DNA of 64,000 nt from Monocercomonoides exilis PA203 (GCA_001643675.2 LSRY02000046.1:496001-560000), one strand, 5' to 3'; positions 11,721-26,480 are shown, counted from the first letter of the stretch. Notes: a model not told the origin generated them from the letters alone. A program made the numbers and translations.

Positions 11721-12638
11721 GAAAAAGGCAATGCTTATGTTGAAAAGAAGATATTGTAGAGTTTTCTATAGTATGTGCACAACTTCAAAGAAAGCTAGTA
11801 CGTGGATGTTTTTGATAGTTCAGTTAATTTTATTTCATAATTATTTTTAGCATTACAATCGTTTTTTATACTATAAAAGGAACTGTTGCTTTCATGTGTT
11901 TTTTCTTGTTTCAGTCTTCATCATTAATTTATAGAGTCAAAGGGTATAAAGTGTATTCCATTCTTTTTGATGAAAAATTAACAATTTCGTTCCGTTTCGC
12001 GTTTCATTGATTGCATTTTCTATAATTTTTGCTTTAATTTGTGCACGATTTTGTCAACTTAATTGAGCTTTTGGAAAGAATTATTATCTAATTACATTTT
12101 TAGTGAACTTTTTGCTTTTTGAGCAAATGTTCAGATTTTCTTCGCTGTTGTTGAGCGTTTGCTGCTGTCACGAATCTTCAGTGGCATTCATTTCTTGTTC
12201 TTTCGATTTTTTCTTCTGAATAAACTGATTGAATTATTCAAGAAATAGCAATGCAAACAGGTTATTATAAACAATTTTCTTTTGATTCAACATAGTTTTT
12301 TTAAGATTTATTCGAACATTTCGTTTATTTGGTTGCAACAAGGATTCTAAATTTTGACATATGAACTCTGTTTGACGAGAAAATTTAGATTTTTCACTAT
12401 AACATTTTACCAAAAATGAAAACGAAATAATAACATTATGATTTAAATACAATGTTGTGTAAGTCTGGTTCGAATTGACAATAACAAATCCCCACAAATT
12501 TAAGATCAAAATGATGTTTGTTTCAATTCTCATTCAACACAATTTAGAGAAATACTTTCTGTACGCGTTGTCTCAAAATCTAGGAATTCTTTCCTTTTCT
12601 CTCAAAACTTGATATCTATTCGAGTATCAATAAAATCA

Positions 12639-15600
12639 TCAAACTGCTTCCATTTTGCTTTTCTCATTGTTTTTTATTTCAGCCTGCTTCTCTTCCTTCT
12701 CAATGTAGTTTTCCTCTTTTTCCTCTTTTTCATTCTCCGCATCCATCTTCTCTTCTTCCTCTGCCCCCTCTTCTTCTTCTTCTTCTTCTTCTTCTTCTTC
12801 TTTTCTTTCATCTTTCGCATCCTTCTTATTATTCAATTCCTGTACTTGTTGTTTCAGCATCTTCAGCTCTTCCGTTGCCACAGGCCCATCTCCTCTCACC
12901 AGCAATCCCACCATCTCCACATGTGCCGTGTGCGGGAACATGTCAACTGCCGCACAGCGCACAAGCACAAAAGATGGCGCCTTGTTCTCCTGATATCGCT
13001 TCTTGCACAATCTGAACACAGTACGAATTTTTCATGCAAAAACAAAATAAAAAAGGAAAGACAAAAAAGGAATCGAATGAAATATCAGATGGAAAAATGA
13101 TTGCAACTGCAACCATGTTGAAATAAAGAACTTATATTTCTAAACAATATTTGAACGATCAACATTTCTTTGGTAATTTTCACAAATTACAAAAGCATAG
13201 AAAAGCAATACAAATTTCTTTCTTCATTCGTTCATAGCTTGGGATATTAATAGTCATACCGTACAACATCTCGTTCGAATGTTGTGTGATTGCACGAAAC
13301 ATACACAACACGCTCAATTCGCCTGCAGCTACGCAGAGTCTTGATCACAGTTGGATCTGAGACGTTCATTGAAAAATGTAACAGAAAAAAAAATAACAGA
13401 AGAGATGTAAATGTGATAAGTTAAAATAATGAAATCATGATTTGCATTATTCAAAAGTTTTTCTTTACTTTCTGCACTTTCATAAATAAAAAGTCATTCG
13501 TGCTATATTCCTTTTCATTAATTATATTCTTTCATATCATCTCCTTTTCTCTCTCTCCCTCAGCATACGAAGTCCTCCGCGTGGAGGGTCCACCACAGCC
13601 ACAACCTCTCCCTTTGTCGTCGCCAGCTGCTCTTTCAGCTGGTCCTCTGCTTTCCCAGCGACATACAGGCATCGCCCGCCCATCCCATTCAGAACGGCAT
13701 TCGCCTCTGCATCGCGAATAGCAGCTGCTTCGCTATCGACTCCAACAACATGCTCATCTGCTCGGCATACGCAAAGTCCAATCGAGCCTGTGCCACAGCA
13801 GATATCTGATATAACACATAGCAATCAAAGTATAATGCATCAATTTCCATGAAAAGTAATCAAAAAAACATAAGCCAAATAAAAGAAACGTAATTGACAA
13901 ATTTTTAACTAAAAAAATGTATTTACACGCCAGCAATTGTCAATCCTTCTGTTTTCTGTTCGTTCTTTTCCATTGCTTGTTCCTCTGAACTTTTTGCTTC
14001 TTCCTTTTCATTTTTGCAGTTGAGATGCATCCATTTGTCCACAATTCCATAAAGAATACCAGCGCCTTCAGTGTTAACCTGGAAAAACGACGAAGGAGAC
14101 ACACGAAATCTGTTTCATTCACATTAATACAAAACAAATTTTTGAAATTAAAGAGACAAAGAAATTTTCAATTAAAATAAAAGCTGATAAAGGCTTATGA
14201 AAAAAAATGAATCGAACTGTTTCCCACAAAGCATCTCAATTATTGTGCTATCGCCTGCCAGTGTCTCGCTTCGTTCGCTCATTCCTGTTGTGGATGTTGT
14301 TCTGTTGTTCACCTCCCAAATGAGAGAGCGAAGCTTCAAAGGAGATTGGATAGATGATTCACAGAAAGAAGATGATGATGATGCAGTGGATGAAAAGGAG
14401 GCTGATGTTGATGGCGATGTTGAAGCTGATGAAGATGGAGAAGAGCAAATGAAATGATCTGATTGAGAGAGAAATAGCTCACGAATGGCTTTCTTTTCTT
14501 CCTCAAGGACTTTAGCATCAATTCCATTTTCATTCACCTCCAAGCAAACCATCACTTTCAATTAAAAACAAAAACAATAATCAGAAAGAAGCAGAAATCA
14601 AAGCAAATTCGCGAGCAAGTGAACAACAAAGGTAATCGATGGACAATGATTGAGCACCCAAATAAAGAGCAATCCACAGAATTATCGTAAAAAGAAATAA
14701 CAAAATCATAATGAAAAAGATAAGTGATAAACAAAAATATTTAAAGTCAAAGAGTTAAACTCAAAAACAACCAAAAGCAAGTTGGCATACAATCTCCCTG
14801 TTGATTCTCTCTCACGAGAAGTCCTCTGAAAAATCCCTTTCCTTTCAGTCTGTCAAAAGGAACAAGAGCAGACTGAGGCTGATCGGAAGGATCGCAACTG
14901 GCAGAAGTTGTTGATGTTATTTCATTATTGTTTGCTTCTGTCTCTTTCTTAACGTTCTCGTTCTCTTCTTCTTTGTCCATTGCGATTTTGCTTGTCTGTT
15001 CCTCCTGCTCACTGCATTTGTTCACTTCATCTTTTTCTTTTAAATTTAAAAGTGAATTACTCCCTTTCTCTGTTTCTTTCGTGATCATTCTTTCATTTTC
15101 TCCTGTTACCCATTTTGCCCATCCTTCAGGGAGCTTCTGATTGTTTATGTCGCAGATATGCTTATTCACCAGATATGCGCATTTCTTTGCTGCGCTGCTG
15201 ATCAAAGGAACTTCTGCGGGTGGCTGAAATACAATGTGTTTCCAGCAATGATAAAAAAATCATTCAAGAATATTGATAAATAAATTAATAAAGTACGTTC
15301 GAAAAAATAAGTAATTTATGGAAATATTGATAAGATAGATTAAAATAGAAAAAAAGAAAAGAAAGAAAAAGAAAAATTGCATAACATCGAGGTACAAGAA
15401 ATTCAAAAACAAAGAGCAATACCTCAACATCAATACGTCCATCCTTCATTGCACCCATCATAAAGCCAACACAAGGGTAGCCTTTTGAATCAAAGGATAT
15501 CGTAAATTTTGTCTTTAACGTGAAACATTAGTTCAATCACAGAAAAATTGAATGATGAGAGAGAAAGGCATAATCGGTGCATATATTAAAAAATAGAGAA

Positions 15601-16977
15601 AAAAAAAAATATAGGAAAAGACAAATGAAAGTTCAATGAATTATTGAAATTCGAGGAAATTTTTCGAGAAACGAAAATAATTCATTTTTTCTTTGTTCAT
15701 TGGCAATTCTCAAATACTCCATTACAAAAAATATCAAATAGTCATACCTTGTTTCGATATCCATATAATTTTTCAGGTGATTTCACTCCTTCAAATGGGC
15801 AAGCCAATACATTTTTTCCTCTTGACGCAGCAAACATTTGTTATTATCAAATAGAAAGCATTGAAATATTTTGGAAAAAAATTGCCAAATATTTCGAGGT
15901 TAAAAAAAAACGAAAAACGAAGAGATGAGTGTTAGATATAAAGCGTTCAAAATGTATTTCTAAAAAAAAAAAACTGATCATACTTTGCAATAAAAGGCTC
16001 CAAATGCTTCTCTTTTTTCAGTTCTCTGGCTATCTTTTGCAATGTTTTCCTGCAAATTCGTCCTTTTCTCATCATCTGCTTTCCATATTCCATTCTTTCC
16101 AAAACAAGCACCCAATGCAATTTGTCAAAGGCAAAAAATTATTCATACAAAGCATTGCGGAAATATCATAATTACAACTCCATTAATAAGACATACGTAA
16201 ACAAAGGAGCTGTGGCTTCAACAACAGTTTTTCCCCGATTATCAATGATAATATTCCCCTGCCCATCCTCATCTTCACATGACAAAAACAGAAATTAATT
16301 TATAATAAATCAAAAACAGGATAAGCGTATTTGCAAAGCAAAAAGTCAAATTCTAATATCAAACCATCATTATTTTGTTTTCTACTTCTCTCCTCTTTTT
16401 GAGGTCTTTCCCATTCGTTACTTAATTTGCTTTCAATTGCATCCGAAATTTCTTTGATGTGCTTCGGAGGCTCTGCACGCTTCACATCCAGTTCCTTTCC
16501 TTTCAATTTCATTCCTCGAAGCACCTCTGCTCCTGCTTCCATTGTTTCAATATCCTATGTTATCGATTTTGAAAAATAATAAATAAAATAATAAGCAAAT
16601 CAAAAAATTGAAAGTATTTCGTTCATGTTGTTTGAAAATAGGAAATAATTGAAATTGAACTAAAATGCAGTTCAAGCCTCAAAATTCACGAATGCAAAGT
16701 GCCAGCCCTTCGCTTTATGCACCCTCCGAAAATTCTTCAATCCATTTTTCTGTAGTTCTTTTGTTAATGTCAATTCATTAAAATAGTTGGGAACTCCTTT
16801 TATTTCAAGCTCAAATTCATGTGCCCCTGCTCTTTTTTTTTCACCCTCTTTCATTTTATTTCCGTCTAATTCTTGCTTTAAATTTTTCTCATCGTTCATA
16901 TCTTCTTGTTCCTTCATTGCCTCAGAACAATCATTTTTCTCTTGGCTTTGTGTGTCCATTTTATTTATTGTGGTCAT
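12639..16977 (-). CDS. TRMT2A: tRNA (uracil-5-)-methyltransferase, TRM2/TRMT2A-like, with N-terminal RRM; multi-exon
   Basis: Motifs spread across exons: RRM WHFAFVNFE (~16690), YGYRNK (~15750-15765), FFRGLLVRE, SAM motif DICCGTGSIG, VVDPPRGGL, RVVYVSCN (~13290-13310), AVDMFPHTAHVEMV. Acidic C-terminal tail. Start codon uncertain (MTTINK at 16977). Confidence 0.9.
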
Positions 16978-17302
16978 TTTGATCGAATGGTATTTACAAA
17001 ATATTTTTTTATTTAATTCATCCATTTTTTTATTGATATATAAACACTATTTCTTGATGGATCTGGATTTCTTGTTGAGGAAGACGTTATGTTAATAATT
17101 GTTATCCATTATAGAAAAAGATGAATAATTCTTCAAATTTTGCCAAATTTCTAAATATAGCTAGCTCTATTTTGAAAAATTCAAATGGTGCTAATTGAAA
17201 AATAATTAAAATTGGTGCTTTTAAATCAAAGCAATGACATATGAAGTGAAGATATAAAATACTGAAGCATTCAAAAATTCGCCTCTGCATCTGTATCAAC
17301 GC

Positions 17303-18792
17303 TTAAAAATCCATCTCCATCTCGTCCAGTGACGTGAGTGCTGCTGAAGAAGACGAAGAAGAATCGCTCGAGTCGCTCGAGTCGTCAGACGAAGACGAAG
17401 ACGATTCGCTGTCGCTTTCGCTGTCAGATTCGCTCTCTGATTCACTTTCCTTCTTTTTCTCTTCAATTTTCTTTTTTGCGGTGCTTTTGTTCTCTTCATT
17501 CCCTTTCCCTTTCTTTTTCGCAGCTTCGCTTTGCTTTTCAGCTTGTGGTGCTTTCTTTGGTGTTTTTTCTACTTCTGTTTTTTTCTTGTCTTCTTCTTGT
17601 TTCTTCTTCAGCTCTTCAGCTTTCTTTTTCGCTATCACATCCCCTTTTAATGAAGGTTTTCTCTCTACTTTTTTGACTTCTTTTTTCTCTTTTGGTTTTT
17701 CTTCTTTTTCCTCTTTCGCTTTTTCCTTCTCCTTTTCCTTCTCCTTCTCCTTTTCCTTTTCCTTCTCTTTTTCTTTTTCCTTCTCCTTCTCTTTTTCCTT
17801 CTCCTTCTCTTTCTCTTTCTCTTTCTCCTCCTTTTCTTTCTTTTCTTTCTCCTTCTCCTTCTCTTTTTCTGCTTTTGTTTCCTTTATCTTTCTGTTATCG
17901 GCACTTGCAGTTTTGACTCTATCGTCTGAAAGCACTTTCAGTGCTGCTTTAACGCTAACTTTTTCTTCCTTCTCATTTGCCTTTGTCGTGCTCTTTTCAT
18001 CTTCGTCATCATCTCCATCATCATCAGTAATTGTACGTTTCATTTTTTTCTCTTCAACTTTCTCTTCAGGTTTTTCTTCCTTATTTTCTTTGCTCTTTCC
18101 TTCGACTTTGCGAGTTGGCTCTTTACGAGGTGATTTTAATTCGATGTTCACTTTTGCAACTGGCTTTGGTTGTGGTGTCGAGATAAGAGGCGATTCTTTT
18201 AACAATTCTCTCTTTTTTGATCTTCTATTTACAGTGTTATCTTGATTTAAACTTTTCTCTTTTAATTTTGTTTCTTCACTCTTTTTTTCTACTGCAAGTG
18301 CAGCAGTTTTTTCTTTTTCATCTTTTTTGATCTCTTTTTCGTTATCTTCATCTTTTTCTATCCTTAATCTTTTTTCTCTGCCTGGAGAAGTTACTGAAGA
18401 ACTCGAATTTTGCTTTTTTCTTGGTTTCTTTGGTGTAACAAAGATTTCGTCTTCAGAACTTTCGTCTTCTTTTAAAATTGTTTTTGTTTTCTTTTCCTAT
18501 TGATATATAATTAAAAATCAGTTTTTGTTAAAAGAAAACAAACAGTAACTGCTAAAGGTTGTGTTTCTGTAACTTGTTTACCATGTGTCATAGAAAAAAG
18601 TGTCTCAACGCATGAAGGATTCTTCTCTAATACTGCTCCAAATTTAGAGAGAGATTCTCCAAGTTGTTTTAAAGCATTAATAAATTCCTAAAATAAAATA
18701 CGTTCATTCATCAAAGAGGATGAACAAAATAAAATTCAAATTCATGTAACATTTTTCTAAATTTTTTAATACACATTTTCATTGCTGGTCAT
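17303..18792 (-). CDS. Lys/Glu-rich low-complexity protein with acidic Ser-rich tail (hypothetical, possibly nucleolar)
   Basis: Hand-spliced MTSNEN|EFINALKQLGESLSKFGAVLEKNPSCVETLF...QPLA|EKKTKTILKEDESSEDE... runs into the 300-aa ORF. Contains a long (KE)n tract and an SESESD/SSD tail. Confidence 0.6.
17700..17870. repeat. Degenerate hexamer repeat encoding (KE)n
   Basis: Pure pyrimidine tract on the + strand (ttctcc/ttttcc units), translating as KEKEKE on the minus strand. Confidence 0.9.
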
Positions 18793-19032
18793 ATAAATTT
18801 AATGCAGTGATGTTCAGAAATAAAAAAAAGATTAATATTTGGAAATTATTTGTACTTGTATTCAATTAATGGGATGAAAAAGTGTTGATCTCCCTCTAAA
18901 CCAGTTAGCCAAACAGTTTTCATTTAAAACTTCAAATCAAAATAATAAAAATTATAAAAGAATTAGAATTTAATATTGATGGATGACATGACACAGGTGA
19001 AAAAAAAAGTTTAAAAAAATATTTTTTTTCAG

Positions 19033-22000
19033 TTACTTGCTTGGCTTTGATCCAACTTTCGACTTTGGTTTAGTTCCAGTTTTTGCTTTTGTCTTTGGCT
19101 TTGAACCAGACGCAGGGCTTGTGCTTGTTCTTCCCTTTGAGGACTGTGAGCGTGCTGACTTGCGGCTGGACCTGCTTTCTGCTCTGCTTTTCCTGACTCC
19201 CTCTGTCTCGCTGCCAGCTGCTTCTCCAGAGCCATCTGCATTTCCTTCTCCGTCTTTCATTTGAGTTTCTCCGTTTTCTCCGCCGAGCTCCGGTGACAGC
19301 ATCCCATCACGCGCCACATCGCCTGCTCCATCAGCCAGCCCACTTTCTCCGCTCTGTTCTCTCCTCAATGCCTCGCTTGCTTCTCTTTCGAGTCTCTGCT
19401 TCTCCTTCTCTCTTTCCTCTGCTTCGTGCACAGACGCCCAATCGTACCTTGTAAATGAGAACGGTCTGAGCAGATCCAGCACCTCCTTCACTGTCATCAC
19501 CAGCACTGAGCTTGCCCCTTCAATCGCCTCCAGCGCCGGAAGGTACACATCTGCCCCAAGCATCGCATTCTCCCCCTTTGCAACTGCCCCCATGATTCCA
19601 CCACTTCCTTCTTCTCCTTCCAAAAACCCTGCCCCAAACCCTCCTTGTCCAGCTGCTCCGCCTCCACCGCCTGTGGGTGTCAGCGGCCTCCGCTGCATCT
19701 GCATCATGCGCTCGGCCATCTTCGACTGCGTCAGCTTCTTCTTCCGCATGCACTCCTTCAGCGCATGAAACACCGTCAAGTGCGCTTTCTTCCCTTCCAC
19801 AACTCTCCTGTCCAGAAACGGCATCAGCCCGTCATTCACCTCCTCCTCACCTCCACTCTCTCCTACTGCAATCCCTGCCACTGACCCTCCGCTCACACTT
19901 CCCCTCGTCGCACTGGCACCTGTCGACGACCTTCTCAGCCCATCAGCCGAGCCTGGAAGCGCTCCACCATTCGACCCAGGCGTCGATCCAGGCCTCGCAA
20001 TGGACGCTGAGCCTCCTCTTCCCCCCAACGCAGCGGCCGCAGCGGCTGCCTGTGCTGCTGCTTGTGCTGCGGCTGTTGCCCTCGCTGCTGCCTCTGTCGC
20101 TGCCTGTGCCGCCGCTGCTGCTTGTTGAGCGGCGTTCCCGTTCGCATCGCCTTTTCCTGTCCCGCCTCTTCTCCCTCTCGTCGCAGCAGCTGCTTCTTGT
20201 GCTGCTTGAGATGCTGCTTCGGCTTCCTGCTTTGCTGCCTCTGCCTCTGCAGCCAAACGAGCTGCTTCGGCTTCTGCGTCTTCCTTCTGCTTGCGCTTGT
20301 GTGCGATCAAATACGGATCCACATCCTTCTCAGTGCCTCTGATCACTCTGCAGTTGTTGTGTTCATGCAGCACCATTATCCACTCACTCTCTGGAATTGC
20401 TGGCATCACCCAGTTCCCTCCGATCAACGATGAAGACAGCAACTCGTATGAGTTGTGTGCGATGAGAGGAGAAGTTGAGTCAACCACAACTCCTCCATCA
20501 GCCACCACACGCACCACGCCGGTGGAGCTGGACGGGCGAGACATGTTCTTTCGAGCAGACAGAAGACGCAGACGCGCTGAGCTGCGGGCAGAGGAGGAAC
20601 GTGAAGAGGAGTTGGAGACAGAAAGGGAAGATGAAGAAATGGAAGATGAAATAGAAGTGGAAGAAGAAGAAGAAGATGTGTATGATGAGGAGGAGGATGA
20701 AGTAGTTGGTGTTATGGCAGCAGGTGTTGAAGTGCCGCTTCTGTACATCAGAAGCCTCTCTGCCACACTCAGCTGCTTTTGCGTGTTCATTCCCATCATC
20801 TGCCTCTGGCGCATGTTCGAATACGCATCGTCTCCGCTCTTGTATCTGTCTTCGCTGTCCTCTTCGTCTCCTCCTCCAACACCCATCCCCATCCCATTTT
20901 GCTTCATAATCCCCATTCCGCCCGCTCCTCCTCCAATATTTCCCCTCAGCCCCATTCCCGATTTCCCATTATTGCCCATTCCATTCATCGATCCCATAGA
21001 ATTCAGCCCGCCAAACGCAACTCCGATTTTCAGTGGCTGCGAAACATCTGAATCTGTCTTCGCCTTTTTGATGATTCCAACACGAACCAAATCAGTCACT
21101 GAAATCTCTTCGTTCTCTTCATCTACACTTCCCAACAAATCTCCTTCTTTCTCTTTCTCTTTCTCCTTCTCTTTCTCCTTCTCTCTTTCCTTCTCCGCTC
21201 TTCTCTCTCTCCTCTCCGCGCCTCTGTCCTCCACTGCCACTGGAATTCCTCCTTCGCTCAGCTCAAGTTTCGCCACAAGACTGTTCAGCTGTGGCAGCTC
21301 TCCTTTCTTCACACACTTCACAACTGGATTCGGTGGATACCTCTGCGTCGATCCAGCTGCTCCTAACTCGCCATGCATTCTCCTCTTCCTTCTCCCCGAC
21401 AGCTCATCTCCATACCCACCTGTTCGCCTCATAATCTCCTCCCGCATCGCTGCTGCCTCCTCGTCTTCCTCATCTCCTGCTCCGCCCATTCCTCCAGCAC
21501 CTGCCCCGTTCCCGTCCATGTCATCTCCATCGCCAAACAAATCTTCTCCATCTTCCATCTCATCCCATTCTTCCTCATCGTCATCTCCAAACTCGTCGCC
21601 CAGCCCACTCTCAGGCAGCGTGATCTGCAGCTCTCCTTCAGATGCTCCGCTGGCCATCCCTGTCACCAGCTCTTTCTCTCTGTTCTGTGACAGCAGCATC
21701 GCTTTTGTCGCTGCTGTCCACTCACACGCCTTGAACACAAACTCCCCCGGAGCTGCAAAGTCATGAAGAGCAGACGAGCTCATTGTGAAGGCAGGAGCAC
21801 ACACAGCCACCAGAAAGTGCAGAGCAGCTTCTGTTTTCGCCACTTTGTGTGGCAGCGGCGGGTCAACACGGTCGAGTGCGAGTTCAGAGGGAATAACGTT
21901 GAAACCGGTCTGCTTCATCTTCGAGAGGAGCACTGATGGAGGCATAGGCACGCCCAGCAGGTTCTCAAACTGTGGAATGTCTGGCGAGGTGAGTGTGGCG

Positions 22001-25000
22001 GAGCCTGCCTGGATCTCAATCGTCACAGTCGCCAGCTTCGTAGCCAGCTGCAGGACGATACAGTCAGGAGTGAGTGGATGCAGACGCCATGTGTGGAAAG
22101 GCAGGTTTGTAATCTGTGGTAACAAAAGCGCATGTGCTGTGAAGTTGACTGTTGAGAACTCCACTTTCCCTGTTGCCTTGTCGTACATCACATCGGTGAT
22201 GCCATCAGTCACCCAGTCTTTCTCCTCAGCGCTGTATGCACCCACAACTGGAGGGGGCACACCATCCACAACAGACGGAGAGATAAGCGACTGTGCCATC
22301 TGCTGCAGACGCAGCTGTGTGGTGGAGCTGCTGCTGCTACCGTCTTTGCCTCCATCAGCTGCAGAGGACGAAGAGGCCGTCGCAATCGAAGCCTTCAGAT
22401 CATCCGCTGATCCACTCTTCGGCAGCTGTGCAGTGCTTGACTCGAGCGAGGCTGACACATCCACTCCAATTTGTGACTTCCTCAGATTGCCCTCGTGCGA
22501 TGCACGCGCCCCTTCTGCACTCGATCGCATGGATGTTCTCACAGACCCTGTGCTATTAGCATTGCCTCCTCCTTCCTCCTCTTCCTCGCTCTCTTCCTCG
22601 TCTTCGCTATCGTCCTCATCCCCTTCCTCTCCTTCTGCTCTCTTCCGCTTCCGCGCCTTCGGCTTGACGTGCTGCGACACCAGAAACAGCGTGTTGTCGT
22701 GGAACAGCCGCGTTCCGTTCACATTCAGCTTCATCCGCACCTCTGACCCTGGCTGCACCTCCTTCTTTGTTATTGGCGCTGGCAAGTTCGGAATGGCAAG
22801 GCGGGCGTCAGATTTTGGAGAGCGCGACATCGCCGGTGAGTCTGTTAGTGATGAAAGCGACGAAGATCCTTCGGCTTTGTTCAATGCTCCGTCTTTCTTT
22901 GCACCTTCGTCATCTTCCTTTGCAGCTGCATCGTTGTTCTCCTCCCCGTTCTCTGCCCCGTTCTCTCCGCCTTCTTTCTTCTCTGAGTCTGCCTGGCTCT
23001 GTGCAGAGGCTGGGTTTTCTGTGTCACTTGCATCCAGTGGCATTGGAACGTTGCTCAATGATGCACTCGAATTCTGCCCTTGTGCAGCGGCAGTCGAGTT
23101 AGCTGCTGCTGCTGCCAGAGAAGAGGCAGACAGCGGTGGATAGGCGAGTGGTGTGAGGATGTTGGTTTCGATGTTGTGTGGAAGGAGAGGATCAAAGGAA
23201 TCGATGGGAGGGATGCATGAAGTGTTCTCGTCGGGCTGCTGCTGCTTGGTACCTTTCGATTCAGCAGAAATATCAGCAGACGAAGAAGAAGAAGAAGACA
23301 AGGATGAAGATGATGAAGAAGAAGATGGCGATGTGTTTGGAGCTGCTCCTGTTTTGTTGGCTCCTTCAAGAGATGCACCAGCATTTATACTCTGCGTCAC
23401 ATTTGCCTCTCCTCCACTCCCACTCACTCCATTCCCACTGCTTCCATTGCTTCCTGAACTTCCTCCTGCAGCGACTGTGTATATCTGCCTAATGCTCCAC
23501 CAGTTGATGTTCTTCGGGGCTGGGGGCATTGCAAAGAGCTGTGTGTGATAGATCGGCCCCACAGGGAACCAGAAGCCGTGCTCGTCGTGCACAGAGCTGG
23601 TGAAGTGCGACGAGTCGGCTGAGAGAGAGAAGGAGGAAGTGGAAGATGTGGATGAGGAGGAGGAAGAAGGAGAGGTAGAGAGAGTAATAGAAGAGGCTGT
23701 TGGAATGATGGACTGTGACAGAGCAACAGAAGGAGTGAGAGGCGGCTGAGGAGATATCGCTCTGCCTGCATTTTGCTCTCCAGCTGCCTCGTTCTGCATC
23801 AGAAGCGGAGAGGAAACTGGAAGCGGCATTTCTCCTTTGTCCAGCAGTGCTGCAATTGACATCTCTTTGGAAGAAGAAGAGTCTTCGTCAGAATTGCAGC
23901 CGAAGCAGGCAGCACGGAAGGCAGCCAGGGCAGAGTCGAGATGAGAGAGCGAAGGGAAGAAAGGGCGAAATGTGGAGGAGTGTGTGGAATAGTACTGCTG
24001 CCACGCTGCTATGCGCTGGGCTGAAATGCCAGTGGCAGAGGCAGCAGAGGCAATGAGAGAGTCAGAAGATGGGTTGGATGAGCTGTCGCCTTCAGCACCT
24101 GCAGCAGAAGGAGAAGAGGAAGAAGAGGCTGATAAAGAAGAAGAGGAAGAAGATTTCGTAATGTCAGGGTTGCTTGTATAATATGCTGCGATGGCTGATG
24201 CGACCTTCGCTGAGTATTCTGAAGCGAGCGGAGGGTTCTGATAGAGCAAGTCGTCATCCTGTGCGAATATGCGTAAGCCAAATGCACTCATCATCAGCGC
24301 CTTTGGCAGGTTCAACAGAACAGAAAATGGCGGAATCATACTCAGCCCCACAGGCGTCATGCGTGCCAATGAAACAGCATCAGCCCCGTTCGTTCCTGTC
24401 CCTTTGTCGCTCCCTCCTTCCTCGCTGTTGTATCCTCCTCGTGCACTCTCACTCTCGCTGGGCGAGCGAGGCGTGTTTCCGCTTCTCGTTCCTAGTCCTG
24501 ACGCTGATCCAACCGAAGTGGCAGAGCCTGGGCGAGAGCGGCTTCGTATCGAGTTCCGCGAGCCCAGCCTTCGATACCCGCTTTCGCTGCTCCCGTCGCC
24601 GTCTCCTTTCCCTCCGTTTGCTGCAAGCCAGGCCTCGTGTTCTGCTTTCCGTTTTTCTTCTTCAGCTGCTTCTCTTTCCAGGCGGATTCTCTCTTCTTTC
24701 TCTCTCTTCTCTTGCTCTCTCAATCTTTCTCTTTCGTATTCTTCTTCGTCAAGCTCGATCGCATTGACCTCTCCTTCCTTCACCTCCAACGTCCGCCCTT
24801 TGAATCCCTTCTGATAATTCGCCCATACAAACGCCATCATCCCGCTTTCGTGTCTGTGCCCCACCACATCTGTCGATACAGCCTGTCCCAGCGGGCCTGC
24901 CTCGTTTGCCTCAGCCTGCAAGATGTCCCCTTTCTCCTCTGCGTGCGACAGCAGCGCCAGAGTGGATGCATCGAGCATTTGACGCGAAAGAACAGAAGTT

Positions 25001-25937
25001 CGCTGGAGGAGCGACCAATATCGGTTGCTCAGATTGACATTGCCAAGAAGTGCCTCTGTGCGAGAGATGCTACGGCATTGTGAAAACAATTTGTTCAGCT
25101 TGTTTGCCTCCTGGATGGCAAATGATAGCTCATCTCGTGGAGCAGAAAGAAGAGTGAACTTGGGTGGAATTTGTTGCATTGAGGACAGAGGTTGGATGCG
25201 ATCAGAATTCATCCCCCATTCATCACTCTTGTAATTTGGTGTTCCAGGAATCATCTTCTCTAAATTTCGTTGGGTTCTCATCATCATAGTGTTAATTTGT
25301 GGAAAGATATATGGATTTGTATCTCGAGATGTGCGAATATAAGAAAGCCAATCAGTGATCGATCGATAAATGATCGTTTCAGCTTTCATCATGGTAAGTC
25401 TTCTATTATTAAAGGCAAGAACTACTCCTTGCTCTTCTTTCATTCTGTCTTGTTCCTAAAAAATTAAGTGGAAATTCATTTTGTTAACCGAAAACGTTAC
25501 GTTTAAAAATTACAATAATAATTTGATACCTCGGCAGCAAGTTTTGCTAATAATTCTTGCCGAGCTTTTTCTTCTGCTTCTTGCTGAATTTTTCGAAGCC
25601 TTTCTCTTTCAGCTTCTATATAATTTAATGTCATTCAAAGATAAAGCAATTATTATAAAAAGAATAAAATTCATCACAGGAATGAAAAAAATTTTTTGTA
25701 CAAATTAAAGATAATATACCTTCAGCAATTCTTTTCTCTTCTGCTTCTTTTGCAGCTGTATATAAACATCAGTCAGCAATAAACAATCAAAGCGGTTGAA
25801 TTGAAATAAAAATTCAGAATTATTAGAAAGAGATTCAAACCCTGCTCCTCCGCAAGACGAATGCGTTCTAACTCCTTTTTTGTGAGTTTTTTTGGTTTTC
25901 TTTCTTTAGAATCGCCTTTTGTGGTTTTTGGACTCAT
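19033..25937 (-). CDS. DNAI7: Axonemal dynein intermediate chain DNAI7/CASC1 (IC97/CFAP94-like), greatly expanded by low-complexity inserts
   Basis: Three short 5' exons give MSPKTTKGDSKERKPKKLTKKELERIRLAEEQ|AAKEAEEKRIAE|EAERERLRK..., in frame with the 2136-aa ORF. CASC1-like blocks: DWLSYIRTSRDTNPYIFPQINT, FVWANY, and PVVGAYSAEEKDWVTDGITDVMYD...NLPFHTWRLHP. Confidence 0.8.
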
Positions 25938-26480
25938 GAATGATCTGGACCATTTATTAAATTTTGAATATTGAAAAATTCAAATTTGAGTTTTTTTGAT
26001 AAAGTTATATACTTTTTCTGTTTATGCATTTGGCTTTTTGATATAATATTAATAACTATTATTTCTTTGTTTTGTCTGAAAAATGTGCTTTATCGAAAAA
26101 ATAGGTTTTCTAAAGAGTTTGAGAAAAAATAACAAAACTGTTTTCCCTAAATATAAATATGGATACGTTCATAATTTTCACTTTGTTTATTTTTTTATTA
26201 TTATTTTTATCACCTCTCAACTTATTTGATTCTCGGTTCATATTTTCATTTTGTTTAATCATTTTTTTTATTTCGAAAAAATAATTGACAAGCCGAGAAA
26301 GAATTATTTCTTATTTTTTTTCATTCGAATTATAATGTGAATGATGAAAAAGAAAAAACAAATGTTCTTTAAAATGAAAAATCAAAATTCGGTTACTATT
26401 TTTCTTTTTTTTTTTTTTTTTTTTTTTTTTTTGTTTAATAAATTGAATTGAAGAGAATAGAACTTAGAACAAATTTGATA

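Noticed and set aside
11850-12600. Possible small minus-strand gene remnant
   Set aside because: Coding-like pieces are interrupted by TGA stops and have no recognisable motif.
17334-24814. Long + strand ORFs (303, 491, 452 aa and others) antisense to real genes
   Set aside because: Shadow ORFs arising from low-complexity, stop-poor antisense frames.
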